DNA of 32,865 nt from a virus. Taxonomy: Duplodnaviria; Caudoviricetes. Numbering within the stretch: position 1 is the first letter of the stretch; the number at the start of each line of letters is the position of its first letter. The DNA lies in IMG/VR virus record IMGVR_UViG_3300027859_000052, positions 1-32,865 of that record; one strand, given 5' to 3'. Shown one piece after another: positions 9,101-18,151 of the stretch. The translations under genes were made by a program, and so were the position numbers. Under the pieces are notes generated by a model. The model had not been told where the DNA came from and made no database searches. It worked only from the letters and a program-made list of their open reading frames with translations.

Positions 9101-11733
9101 GTCAGAATGTAAATGATTTCAAACCAAAGGTAAGTGTTGATAATAATGATGATGACCCAGATGCAGCTGTTAGTTTTGCACTAAGAGATAAGATCGGTCA
9201 GGTCAAGACTAATGACCCATCTAAGAGTATAACAAAAGAAACTATATTCTCATTCATCGAAAGATCTGGTATAGGTATTGGTGTTACAGGTGCTGTTGTA
9301 TCTGGATCTGGAAGCATAAAGAATCTTGGTGTTGATCTTGGAAGACAACATAATCTTAATGGTATTGAGTCTGTTACAGGTTTAACAGGTGGATCTAACT
9401 ATGGTACTAATAGTGGTAGTGCAGAATTCTATTATAGCGTAAATCTTCTTGGTGGAACTGGTCATGGAGCAACTGCTGATGTTACAGTTTCTGCTGCTGC
9501 CACTATCACAGGTGTTGAATTAGTTGATGCTGGAAGTGGATATGCTGTGAATGATGTTCTCACAGTAAAAGGTGTTCCTTTTATAGCACCAGGTACTGAT
9601 TGTCAGGTTACAGTTGGTGCTATTGATAATAGTATCGGAGATATAATACAAACTGTTGGTATAGGATCAACAGCATTCAATGGAATCAACAAAATTACTA
9701 TTGTTGATGAACAAAAGAGATTTACATTCCAAGGTCAGTCATTAGGTGACTGGTCAACACCTGGCGGATTTGCATACCATGTTGGTGTATCTACACAGAT
9801 AACAAATATTATTCATGACACTATAAGTGGTATAGCAACGGTTACATTATTCCAAGATATTGGTCTAAGGCGTGGTGACATGATTGTCATCAATAATGCT
9901 AATAATGAGTATAATGGAACTCATCTTGTAGAAGATAGAATAGGATATGGTTCATCACTATCTGTAAATATAGGTGCATCATCATCACCTACATTTGCTG
10001 CATCAGGTACAGCATTTGGACATGATGCAGGTATCTCTATGAGGGGATTCAATCAAAATGTTCCCATCTATGGAGGTCATACAACTGTAATTGACTCTGC
10101 TATGTCTGCAACATCGACCACAATTGGTCTGCAGAAGAAGGCAATGTTTAGACGTGGTGATTACATAATGGTTGAGGATGAGATTCTAAGAATTGCTAAT
10201 AAGAATTGCACAGAGGTTATAAGAGGATTATTTGGTACTCAAGCTGTTGCACATATAAGATTCAATGCTGCAAGAAAGATAAGAGTAATCCCAGTAGAGA
10301 ATAGAAGAAACTCAATCATACGTGCATCAGGACACACCTTTGAATATCTTGGATTTGGACCAGGTAACTATTCTACATCATTACCACAGACTCAGGATAG
10401 AGTTCTAAGCGAAGATGATCAAATATTTGCACAGTCTATCAACGTCAATGGTGGTGCTGTTGTATACACAGGTCTGAATGATAAGGGTGAGTTCTTTATC
10501 GGACGTAAGAAAATTGATGCTATCACAGGTGAAGAGACATCAACAATAACACAAATTGATCAGACTGCTGCATCAAACAAATTACCATTAACTGCTAGTT
10601 TCAGTGACATCAATGTTACAAATAGTTTGACAAGTGGTGGTGATACAGAAGTTATTGATCTCAGACTAAAAGGTAACAGAGCAGGTGATCAGGCACAGTC
10701 AGTATATCTTGGAATTAGTGGAAGCACTCCTACCAGTAGCACTGATAATATATTGTTCGCCACATCTTACGATAAGGGTGGATATCTAGGATGGGTCAGA
10801 ACCACTGATGCATCTAATCCTTGGCAACGCTTTGGTCCTATATCTTACGATGCAAACTCTGAGCATTATGCTTTTGATAAGTTAGCTGTTGGAAAAACAA
10901 ATGCAGAGAATGATAAGGTAGTTGATATAACTGGTAATGTTGCTATTACTGGTAACATAACAATATCAGGCGTTACTACATGTACTCTTGCAGCAAGCAG
11001 TGCAAAGGTAGAAGATCTTACTGCTGGACGAGTTGTTATCGCTGGATCAGGTGGAGAATTAGAGGATAGTTCATCACTTACATTCTCAGGAGCAACACTT
11101 TCTGCTAATACTCTTACAGTTACAACCACTGCTACTGCAGCAAATGTAGTTGCATCCCAAACAGTCACAGGTGAACATTTAGTTTCTACTGACGATGCAG
11201 CAATCGCTGATGATCTTACAGTCGGTGGTGATGCAACCGTTACAGGAACTGTAACTGCTGGTGGATTCACTGGTGGTGGTACTATACCGTTGGGTGGTAT
11301 CATAATGTGGTCAGGTGCTGATGGAGATGTTCCTACAGAGTGGAGATTATGTGATACTACTAACGGAGGAAATGTCATTAATGGTATTACAGTTCCTAAC
11401 TTAGAGGACAGGTTTGTAATTGGTCGTGGTTCAACTTACGCTGCTGGCAGCACTGGTGGATCAAAAGACGCAGTATTACCATCTCACCTACACGGTTTTA
11501 GTGGAAGTGCATCACACTCTCACACTCATACAGTTGCGACTAATCCAAGTGGGTCGGGAGCTGAACAGAATCAGTCTGGAAGTCCTGAAGATAGAACCAA
11601 TTTTAGTGATACAGGAACCACAAGCACTGAGACAATAACAATTACTGGAAATACTGGTACTGAAGGTGTGTCAGCGACAAACGCTAACTTACCACCATAT
11701 TATGCTATTGCTTACATTATACGAGTAAGTTGA
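6166..11733 (+). CDS. Large tail fibre / baseplate-associated structural protein (1855 aa) with a C-terminal tail-collar domain
   Basis: The MPLSRLENFLKN start is typical of cyanomyophage structural proteins, followed by a beta-helix-like region. The C-terminus has collar motifs IPLGGIIMWSG...WRLCD...VPNLEDRFVIG, HxH motifs (SHLH, HSHTH) and NLPPYYAIAYIIR. Confidence 0.85.
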   Translation: MPLSRLENFLKNVQGNVLYVNPEELDATDDVSNRGNSRTRPFKTIQRALIESARFSYQPGQDNDRFDKTTIHVSTGVHYIDNRPGYKIDTSGNITDISGTSKSISEFSIGTNFDIQDTSNVLHIFNSVEGGVILPRGTSIVGADLRKTKIRPKFIPQPDNNGIANSAIFRVTGGCFFFGFTFFDGDPADRVFRDYTQNTYNPNYSHHKLTCFEYADGVNQQGTSGNTDLDMYYAKLTRAYGTNSGRSLPIYPATKDFQKIAEESKIVGPVSQIGAIEIEDIFSGSNSTDTNATQIVTVLTKTNHNLSKGTAVLISDVNASGNNGDEYDGTHVVAQVINDTTFTYSLSITPATTALPNLTGINPTVVPESDTVASASPYIFNCTVRSVFGMNGLHADGNKATGFKSMLAAQFTGIGLQKDDNAFVKYNTTSGVYEDQSELGSTTTLHVDSLARFKPDYENFHIKGSNKAGLQLVSVFAIGYAKHFVTESGADFSLTNSNSNFGALALESKGFRDEAFTKDDKGYITSIVPPQKNVKKSENFNWLSIATGLTTTTAGDTKLFIQGFTSKSNPPSDKATTYQVGAKEGEVLTCLINNVAETANVLMPTPQIPDLGASGKKKVRVGQNSGINSITSNILTLETFHQLLPGESVRIISENGSLPDGIEHNQKYFAVTTGIGTHQLKLATSRNAAINANAISGINNLGGKLTIVSSVEDKKPGDEGHPIQYDITAGGWYVNVNTGNSISTSIATNALLLAPETPTTTISRIADSRIDLEKIYRLRYSIPEGSTLAAEPINGFVIQDSASIIDDSKFQDSDASLTSDTDLRTDNSIVTASWSSNVGIITTTQPHNLLVGQPVEVKRIRSANNTTGVEDSGFNRSFSVSAVDNPKTFRVGLNTDPGAITKITTIPYTQVDRTIVGSGRTFSPFFSRKDFGPDYQIFAQEKVQRFQKSAQDGVYDITVLGYLDSPNVSPFTDDSIKYGQNVNDFKPKVSVDNNDDDPDAAVSFALRDKIGQVKTNDPSKSITKETIFSFIERSGIGIGVTGAVVSGSGSIKNLGVDLGRQHNLNGIESVTGLTGGSNYGTNSGSAEFYYSVNLLGGTGHGATADVTVSAAATITGVELVDAGSGYAVNDVLTVKGVPFIAPGTDCQVTVGAIDNSIGDIIQTVGIGSTAFNGINKITIVDEQKRFTFQGQSLGDWSTPGGFAYHVGVSTQITNIIHDTISGIATVTLFQDIGLRRGDMIVINNANNEYNGTHLVEDRIGYGSSLSVNIGASSSPTFAASGTAFGHDAGISMRGFNQNVPIYGGHTTVIDSAMSATSTTIGLQKKAMFRRGDYIMVEDEILRIANKNCTEVIRGLFGTQAVAHIRFNAARKIRVIPVENRRNSIIRASGHTFEYLGFGPGNYSTSLPQTQDRVLSEDDQIFAQSINVNGGAVVYTGLNDKGEFFIGRKKIDAITGEETSTITQIDQTAASNKLPLTASFSDINVTNSLTSGGDTEVIDLRLKGNRAGDQAQSVYLGISGSTPTSSTDNILFATSYDKGGYLGWVRTTDASNPWQRFGPISYDANSEHYAFDKLAVGKTNAENDKVVDITGNVAITGNITISGVTTCTLAASSAKVEDLTAGRVVIAGSGGELEDSSSLTFSGATLSANTLTVTTTATAANVVASQTVTGEHLVSTDDAAIADDLTVGGDATVTGTVTAGGFTGGGTIPLGGIIMWSGADGDVPTEWRLCDTTNGGNVINGITVPNLEDRFVIGRGSTYAAGSTGGSKDAVLPSHLHGFSGSASHSHTHTVATNPSGSGAEQNQSGSPEDRTNFSDTGTTSTETITITGNTGTEGVSATNANLPPYYAIAYIIRVS

Positions 11734-11739
11734 TAAATA
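11732..11739 (+). promoter_or_regulatory. Late promoter (GATAAATA) overlapping the upstream stop codon
   Basis: 7/8 match to TATAAATA, 25 nt before the ATG at 11765. Confidence 0.6.
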
Positions 11740-11764
11740 CACATACTAAGGAGCATTGTAGTAG

Positions 11765-14113
11765 ATGGCATCAGTAAATAAAAAATTTGCTGTAGAAAAA
11801 GGTCTTGAAGTTGGTGATGACGCACTCGTCGTTGATGCTGATGGTAGAAAGACAGGTATAGGTAAAACTGATCCTAAGTTTGGATTAGATGTTGCCCTGA
11901 CCGCAAATTTTGATGGGATTGTAGCAGCATCCTCGGTTGGTATCGGTAGTACACAACCAGGTAAAGATTTTGATATAAACAAAGATACTGTAATAAGGAA
12001 GAAATTATTTGACTCAAATGTATCTGAGGGTACAAATGGTCAGGTGCTCATCAGTACAGGTACAGGAGTTTCATTTACATCTACTGCAAATATACAAACA
12101 AATGCTGCAGGTGGTACAAAGACAGTACAGTTCAAGGAAGCAGATGGGAAATTTGGTGGGGCATCTCAGTTAGTATATGATACCACAAATAATAGAGTAG
12201 GTATTGGTAGTACTATACCTGAATACTTACTACAAACAGAAGGTGGTCAGGTTCATTTTGACTCCCAATTATTAGATAGTAATAAGACTGTCGGTGCTGC
12301 AGGTTCTGTATTGGGTGCAGATGCATCAGGTAAATCGGTATGGGAACCAAAGGGATCAGAAATATCAAACGTTATATTTGTAACTGAGAATGGAGATGAT
12401 GAGAATAATGGACTATCGCCAGGAACTGCTAAGAGAACCGTTGGTGGTGCCACAAGTATAGCGGTAGCTGGTAATGTTGTTAGAGTTGCAGGTGGTATAT
12501 ACCAAGAAAATAACCCAGTTTTCATACCAAGAAACGTCACTATAGATGGTGATGATCTTAGAAATACTCAGATTATACCAACAAATATTGGTAAAGACTT
12601 ATTTCATGTAAACAATGGAACACTGATCCAGAACTTATCATTTGTCGGTGCTGCTAATACAGGTTCTATCATATCATTTCCACCAGGCGGTGTAGTTAAT
12701 AGACATAAATTCCTCGCTGGTTACGGAGCAACTGATGCAGTAAAAGTAGGTCCTAATTGGCATACAGGTGCATCTATTACACCAACATCCGTATCTTACG
12801 ATCCACTGACAGGTATTACCACAATTACTAAGGCATCTCACGGTCTTACTGTAAGTGATACAGTCGGTATCGCTACCAATAGTATAGCGTTCTCATGTGA
12901 TCAGGATTCTCATGCTACAACACATCCATATCCAAGAGCAACTGACCCAGTAGCAGGTATATTCACCGCTATTACAGCAAAAACCGACGATACATTTACT
13001 ATAAATGTTGGTGATGCTGGATCTCATAAACGGATCGCTGGTATTATTACACAGTCACCATACATTAGAAACTGTACAAACTTTGTACCTAACTCAATCG
13101 GTATGAAGATTGATGGTAATGATGTGATGGGTCTGAAGTCAATGAACGTTGACTCATATACTCAGTATAATCAAGGTGGTATTGGTGTTACTATATCTAA
13201 TGATGGATATGCACAATTAGTTTCAATCTTCACTATATGTGACGAGGCAGCAATCACTTGCGTTTCAGGTGCACAGTGTGATCTTAATAACTCTAACGCA
13301 TCATTTGGTACAAGAGGACTGGTTGCATCAGGTGTTGGTACTGTAACTCAGACAGGAAGTTTAGCAGTAGCAGGTGTGGCAGAGGATAATACAGTAGTTG
13401 TTTCAGGACTCACAATAGAAAGACCATATACAGGACAGGTATTATATCTTGGAGAATTATTCAACGGTATTAGTAAGATAACTGTAGGAAATCCTGGTTC
13501 AGGATACACCAGCTCAAACCCACCACTTGTTACTGTAGGATCACCATCAGGTCCTGATGGTATTACTGCAGAAGGTGTGGCAGTAGTCAGTGGTTTTGGT
13601 AGTATAACTGGGGTAAACATGTTTGCCACTGGTTCTCAATATAGGTCAGCTCCGTCAGTTACGATTGCTGCTCCTCAATCTGGTATTACTGCAACAGCAA
13701 CAGCATCATTAGACCCATCTTATTTTACTATAAATAGTACGACTCCAGTCACTGCTGGTGTTTCTACAATCACCCTTGACCAAAATCTACCATCAAATGT
13801 GGGTGTTGGTTCAACTGTGCCTTTCGCAAGACAATCTCTAATTCTTGCTTCATCATATACGTTTGAATATATTGGTGCAGGTCTCACAATCGGGCAAGCA
13901 TTACCTAGAAAAGGTGGTACTACAATACCTGAGAATGAAACTACATCAGAGAATGGTGGTAAGGTAGTTTACACGTCAACAGATGAAAGAGGTAACCTCA
14001 AAGTTGGTGATCAATTTACGATCAATCAGCAGACAGGTACTGTCACTGGTGATGCATTCAACAAGAGTATTCAAGCAACTCTAACACCACTTATCATAGC
14101 ATTAGGACAATAA
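11765..14113 (+). CDS. Tail structural protein (782 aa), paralogous in part to 6166-11733
   Basis: VGIGST.P fibre repeats. It shares the SPYI.NCT, KSM, QLVS.F.I, NSN..FG, AS..TFEY.G.G and GG.VVYT motifs with the 1855 aa protein. Confidence 0.8.
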   Translation: MASVNKKFAVEKGLEVGDDALVVDADGRKTGIGKTDPKFGLDVALTANFDGIVAASSVGIGSTQPGKDFDINKDTVIRKKLFDSNVSEGTNGQVLISTGTGVSFTSTANIQTNAAGGTKTVQFKEADGKFGGASQLVYDTTNNRVGIGSTIPEYLLQTEGGQVHFDSQLLDSNKTVGAAGSVLGADASGKSVWEPKGSEISNVIFVTENGDDENNGLSPGTAKRTVGGATSIAVAGNVVRVAGGIYQENNPVFIPRNVTIDGDDLRNTQIIPTNIGKDLFHVNNGTLIQNLSFVGAANTGSIISFPPGGVVNRHKFLAGYGATDAVKVGPNWHTGASITPTSVSYDPLTGITTITKASHGLTVSDTVGIATNSIAFSCDQDSHATTHPYPRATDPVAGIFTAITAKTDDTFTINVGDAGSHKRIAGIITQSPYIRNCTNFVPNSIGMKIDGNDVMGLKSMNVDSYTQYNQGGIGVTISNDGYAQLVSIFTICDEAAITCVSGAQCDLNNSNASFGTRGLVASGVGTVTQTGSLAVAGVAEDNTVVVSGLTIERPYTGQVLYLGELFNGISKITVGNPGSGYTSSNPPLVTVGSPSGPDGITAEGVAVVSGFGSITGVNMFATGSQYRSAPSVTIAAPQSGITATATASLDPSYFTINSTTPVTAGVSTITLDQNLPSNVGVGSTVPFARQSLILASSYTFEYIGAGLTIGQALPRKGGTTIPENETTSENGGKVVYTSTDERGNLKVGDQFTINQQTGTVTGDAFNKSIQATLTPLIIALGQ

Positions 14114-14117
14114 AGTA

Positions 14118-14456
14118 ATGGCTGCAATCCCTTTAAATAGGTTCAAAACTATAACCCACACACTTACAACTTCTGCAGTTGGGATTTACACATGCCCACC
14201 AGGTGTTGCAGCGTTGATTATATACGGTAACGTATCAAACGTTGGAAGTAGTTCATCTGTAAGAAACTTTACTGTAAAGCACAGTAGAAACTCTGTAGAT
14301 ACTGAGATCGTATCAAACATTGGAGTTCCAGCTTCAGATGCAATGTCATTCATAGAAGGACGACTTGTATTAGAAACTGGAGATATATTGAAAATTTCTG
14401 CTGATGTCAATAATACCATGAAAGGTATCATCAGCGTATTGGAGAACGCTAAGTAA
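14118..14456 (+). CDS. Small virion structural protein (112 aa, beta-rich)
   Basis: IYTCP...LVLETGDILKISAD...SVLE pattern, common in tail-fibre-associated small proteins. It sits in the tail operon. Confidence 0.7.
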   Translation: MAAIPLNRFKTITHTLTTSAVGIYTCPPGVAALIIYGNVSNVGSSSSVRNFTVKHSRNSVDTEIVSNIGVPASDAMSFIEGRLVLETGDILKISADVNNTMKGIISVLENAK

Positions 14457-14457
14457 A

Positions 14458-16326
14458 ATGCCAAGACTCTTATCGGGAAAGGTTGGTGTAACCAGTTTTG
14501 CTGGATTATCAACTACAAGAAATCAGACTACCTCAGATCCCCTTAAGTTTTTGGGCGTAGGAGATATGGAACCCAACCTTGGGTTGCCTAGTAATAATGA
14601 TTATATACTATTTGGTAACACAGACGGATCAAGAAGGTGGGATGTCTTTACACCATCAGGTGCTGTTGATGGTATAACAGTATTAGACGAGAATGTAACA
14701 CCATCAGGTTTTGCTGGTTCTATTACCAAACTAAATTTTGAAGGTAATGGTGTCACAGTAACACAGATCAAAGAACAGATAGGCGATGCACAGATAGGTT
14801 TAGCAACAGTATTCATTAATAAATCAACTAATGATGTGATGGATCCATCTGGATTCGTTTCAGTTGTTGGTGTTACAACATTCAAGGTTGGTGCAGGTCT
14901 CTCCTTTGTACCACTAGCAGGTCAAGCAGGTATAGTATCAATATTCAATACAGCAGAAGCGAAACTTACATTCCAAGATGATAGAGGTCTTACAACTCTT
15001 ACTAATATTGGTCAGATAAGAATTGGTGCAGGTTTGACTGTGAGTCAATCGGCTACTGGTATTGCATCTATTTCACCTACTGGACATTTTGAGCATATAA
15101 AAGCAACTGGAATTGCAAGTGCAGCGAGTTTTGTCGGTCCTGTGACTGGGAATGTAACTGGAGATGTAACAGGAGACACACAAGGAACACATACTGGAGC
15201 AGTGGTAGGTAATGTTACTGGTAATCTTGTAGGTAATGTAACTGGAGATTTGACAGGTGATTTCAATGCTGGTATTTCAACGGTCACTGAGCTGAAAGCA
15301 ACAACAATCAATGCTACTGGTATTATAACAACATCACAAGGTTTTATAGCACCCGTAGGAAGTTTTGGATTCAGTGGATCATTGAATTCTACAGGTATTT
15401 CAACTGTGGCATTCTTCAGTGGTACTAACATCAATGTTAGTGGTATAGCAACTGCTGACGGTGGATTTGTTGCCACACCAGGTGGATCAGGATTTACTGG
15501 TAATCTAACAGGTGATGTTACTGGTAATATAAAATCTTCTGGTGTATCAACTACAACTCATCTCCAGACCACACATGTAAATGCGAGTGGTATTATAACT
15601 GCCACTGGTGGGTTTGTTGGTAATGTAACTGGAAGTGTTGCTGGTGCTGCATCTTTGATTACGCTGGCAGATGAGTCGGCTGACTCTACTTGCTTCCCAG
15701 TATTTGCTACTGGTGCTACTGGTGACCTTGCTCCGAAGACAGATGGTAGTGCGTTATTATATAATGCATCAAGTGGAACGTTTACTGCTGCTGTATTCAG
15801 TGGTTCAGGAGCGTCATTGACCAATATACCAGGTGGTCAAATTACAGGAGCACTTGCTGCAGTAGATGGATCTGCATTGACTGATGTCATAGCAGCAAAA
15901 TCAACTCTTACTGCAACAAATACTACAAATGCTACACATTTTCTGACATTTGTAGATACTGCAACAGGAAATGAGGATGTTCGTACTGATACGAACTTGA
16001 CTTATAATCCTGGTACAAACATTCTTTCTGCTACCACATTCAATGGTAACGCTACTGGATTGACTGGAACTCCATCTGTTACTGTTGGTGATTTAACAGT
16101 CGCTGGTTCAGCACTTCCCGATGCTGATAATACCAGAAACTTAGGAGGTCCCTCTGCTAGATGGGCTAACATATACACAGCAGATATGCACTTCTCTAAT
16201 AAAGATATGAGAAATTCAGTGGACGGGACTTGGGGTGACTGGACTATGCAAGAGGGCGAAGATACGCTTTTCTTATTGAATAATCGTAATGGCAAGAAGT
16301 ATAAGATAAACCTCACTGAGGTATAA
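14458..16326 (+). CDS. Tail fibre protein (622 aa)
   Basis: G-N/D-V/L-T tetrapeptide repeats and ATGIIT repeats. The C-terminal LG....RWANIYT.D...DGTWG.W...EGE..LFL.N.R.GK.YK..L.EV domain is conserved. Confidence 0.85.
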   Translation: MPRLLSGKVGVTSFAGLSTTRNQTTSDPLKFLGVGDMEPNLGLPSNNDYILFGNTDGSRRWDVFTPSGAVDGITVLDENVTPSGFAGSITKLNFEGNGVTVTQIKEQIGDAQIGLATVFINKSTNDVMDPSGFVSVVGVTTFKVGAGLSFVPLAGQAGIVSIFNTAEAKLTFQDDRGLTTLTNIGQIRIGAGLTVSQSATGIASISPTGHFEHIKATGIASAASFVGPVTGNVTGDVTGDTQGTHTGAVVGNVTGNLVGNVTGDLTGDFNAGISTVTELKATTINATGIITTSQGFIAPVGSFGFSGSLNSTGISTVAFFSGTNINVSGIATADGGFVATPGGSGFTGNLTGDVTGNIKSSGVSTTTHLQTTHVNASGIITATGGFVGNVTGSVAGAASLITLADESADSTCFPVFATGATGDLAPKTDGSALLYNASSGTFTAAVFSGSGASLTNIPGGQITGALAAVDGSALTDVIAAKSTLTATNTTNATHFLTFVDTATGNEDVRTDTNLTYNPGTNILSATTFNGNATGLTGTPSVTVGDLTVAGSALPDADNTRNLGGPSARWANIYTADMHFSNKDMRNSVDGTWGDWTMQEGEDTLFLLNNRNGKKYKINLTEV

Positions 16327-16329
16327 ATA
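16322..16329 (+). promoter_or_regulatory. T4-type late promoter overlapping the stop codon
   Basis: GTA TAA ATA: an exact TATAAATA formed from the last codon and the stop. Confidence 0.8.
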
Positions 16330-16360
16330 CAAACGATAGGATTTTAACAAAATACCCATT

Positions 16361-17236
16361 ATGTCTAGAGCTAGAGAATTAGCAAAGGTAGGTGGTAAGA
16401 ATCAACAGGTAATAGCAGGTCTATCATCTCACGTTGGTGTATCAACCTTCCTTAATAATGTACATATGTTCTCCAACCTAGATGTTGGTGGAAACGTAAC
16501 AGTAACAGGAACCACAACATTCAACGGTGGTACTCTTACACTTGGTGATGCAAATACAGATAATATAGTATTCGGTGGAGAAGTCGATTCACACATTATC
16601 CCAGATGATGATAATACATTCGACTTAGGTTCTTCTACAAAAGAATGGAAAGATTTATTCATAGATGGTACAGCACACATTGACACCTTAGATGTTGATG
16701 GTAATGCAGGGGTCATTGGTGATCTGACTGTAACAGGTACAACAACTCTGAGCACAAAATTAGCAAGTAGTAACCTAGCAAACTCAGGTGTATCGGCTGG
16801 AACTTATGGTAGTTCTACTGCTATACCTATTCTAGTCGTCAATGCTCAAGGTCAAGTGACTTCGGCAAGCACAACTGCAGTTGATAGTACTACTATTGAG
16901 CAGTTGAATACATCTGTGTCATGCACTGACACAGGTACGAACGGTTTAGTAACAGTTGTTGCCGATGGTTCAACTGTTGCTGTATTTGACCAAGCACTGA
17001 TCACTGTGACTGGTAACATCTTACCAGAAGCAAACGGCACTCGTGACTTGGGAGCAGACGGTACAAGATGGGGAAACGTCTATACTTCTGATATAGATTT
17101 GAACAACCAAGCAAAAGGTGGTAACACCATTGACCAGTCTTGGGGTTCTTATCTGATTGAAGAGGGTGAGCATGACTTATTCTTGAAGAACAGAAGATCT
17201 GGAAAGACTTACAAGTTCATGCTTCAAGAAGTATAA
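16361..17236 (+). CDS. Tail fibre protein (291 aa)
   Basis: MSRARELA N-terminus, AGTYGSSTAIPILVVNAQGQVTSAS fibre repeat, and the same C-terminal domain as 14458-16326. Confidence 0.85.
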   Translation: MSRARELAKVGGKNQQVIAGLSSHVGVSTFLNNVHMFSNLDVGGNVTVTGTTTFNGGTLTLGDANTDNIVFGGEVDSHIIPDDDNTFDLGSSTKEWKDLFIDGTAHIDTLDVDGNAGVIGDLTVTGTTTLSTKLASSNLANSGVSAGTYGSSTAIPILVVNAQGQVTSASTTAVDSTTIEQLNTSVSCTDTGTNGLVTVVADGSTVAVFDQALITVTGNILPEANGTRDLGADGTRWGNVYTSDIDLNNQAKGGNTIDQSWGSYLIEEGEHDLFLKNRRSGKTYKFMLQEV

Positions 17237-17239
17237 ATA
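17232..17239 (+). promoter_or_regulatory. T4-type late promoter overlapping the stop codon
   Basis: Exact TATAAATA, followed by an AAGGAGA ribosome-binding site before the ATG at 17264. Confidence 0.8.
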
Positions 17240-17263
17240 AAAAGGAAGGAGAAATTCAACTAA

Positions 17264-18127
17264 ATGGCTTTTTACGGAAATGCTGCAAATGCAAATGTAA
17301 CAGTTGACCCTGCACAGGGAAACTATGGTTCCAGTAATGCAATTCCTGTTATAACTGTTGATTCTGATCAAAGAATCAGTGCTATAAACACAGCGTCACT
17401 TACATTAGATGCATCAGTAAATACTAACTCATCTACAGGTGATATTGGTACTTACGGATTCTTGATGCAAGCATCAGGTAATACATCATATAACCCAGGT
17501 CAAACTTTAGCGGGTTCTAATTTACGTTATGCAGACTCCACTGGTAGAGTTTCGAGTAATGTAACTCCAAGTGGAACTTGGAAACTCATGGGATATGATT
17601 CTGGTTCTCCATTAACTAATTCAGGATCAGGTTCTGGTACTGGTTCAGGTAGTGGTAACATTTCTGGTAACGTTGAAGGAAACACATCATTATCAAGTGG
17701 TGAAGTTCAGGGTAACGTTTCAGGAGCACTACAAGGTGGTGAAGTTCAAGGTAACTCTACTCTTTCTTCTGGTAATATTCAAGGTAACACTAACGTAAAC
17801 GTATCTGGTAATATATCTGTTAGTTCTCACAACCACCAACAGTCTGGAACAAACGCTTCCACAAAATCATCTACTGCAGGTGGTAACTTCTCTGGATCAG
17901 GTTCCGTGAGTCTTGATAATATGGGAGTAGGTGGTAACGTAAATACATCTGGTTTGAACGTTGCAGGTAACACATCCGTTTCAACTGATGGTTTGAACGT
18001 TGCAGGTAATGTAACTACTGACAACTTGAGTGTTGGTGGTAATGCTACGGTGAACACTGTTTCTACAAACGTCAACGTAAACACTGTAGTTGCTTATCCT
18101 ACTACACTCTGGATGCGTTCAGCATAA
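17264..18127 (+). CDS. Distal tail fibre / receptor-binding tip protein (287 aa)
   Basis: GNYGSSNAIPVITVD repeat and tip motifs PSGTWKLMGY ... TLWMRSA, separated by a long G/S/N/V-rich insert containing HNH. Confidence 0.75.
   Translation: MAFYGNAANANVTVDPAQGNYGSSNAIPVITVDSDQRISAINTASLTLDASVNTNSSTGDIGTYGFLMQASGNTSYNPGQTLAGSNLRYADSTGRVSSNVTPSGTWKLMGYDSGSPLTNSGSGSGTGSGSGNISGNVEGNTSLSSGEVQGNVSGALQGGEVQGNSTLSSGNIQGNTNVNVSGNISVSSHNHQQSGTNASTKSSTAGGNFSGSGSVSLDNMGVGGNVNTSGLNVAGNTSVSTDGLNVAGNVTTDNLSVGGNATVNTVSTNVNVNTVVAYPTTLWMRSA
17697..18009 (+). repeat. Two pairs of direct repeats, each with a 39-nt period
   Basis: GTGGTGAAGTTCA(G/A)GGTAAC at 17697 and 17736; TGGTTTGAACGTTGCAGGTAA at 17950 and 17989. 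Confidence 0.85.
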
Positions 18128-18130
18128 ATA
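18123..18130 (+). promoter_or_regulatory. Late promoter (CATAAATA) overlapping the stop codon
   Basis: 7/8 match to TATAAATA, about 20 nt before the ATG at 18152. Confidence 0.6.
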
Positions 18131-18151
18131 AAATCGAAGGTTCTAAAAACA

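Noticed and set aside
15130-15270. Short tandem repeats resembling a CRISPR or VNTR array
   Set aside because: They are degenerate 12-nt coding repeats (GNVT/GDVT) inside a fibre gene, with no spacers.
636-18084. Many minus-strand ORFs of 60-170 aa (for example 2962-3384, 10866-11378, 15045-15476)
   Set aside because: They are shadow frames opposite well-supported structural genes, with Pro/Thr/Val-rich composition mirroring sense-strand codon bias.
14458-18127. Diversity-generating retroelement or invertible tail-fibre switch
   Set aside because: No reverse transcriptase or invertase is in the window, and I saw no long template/variable repeat pair differing at adenines. The shared C-termini are diverged at all base types.
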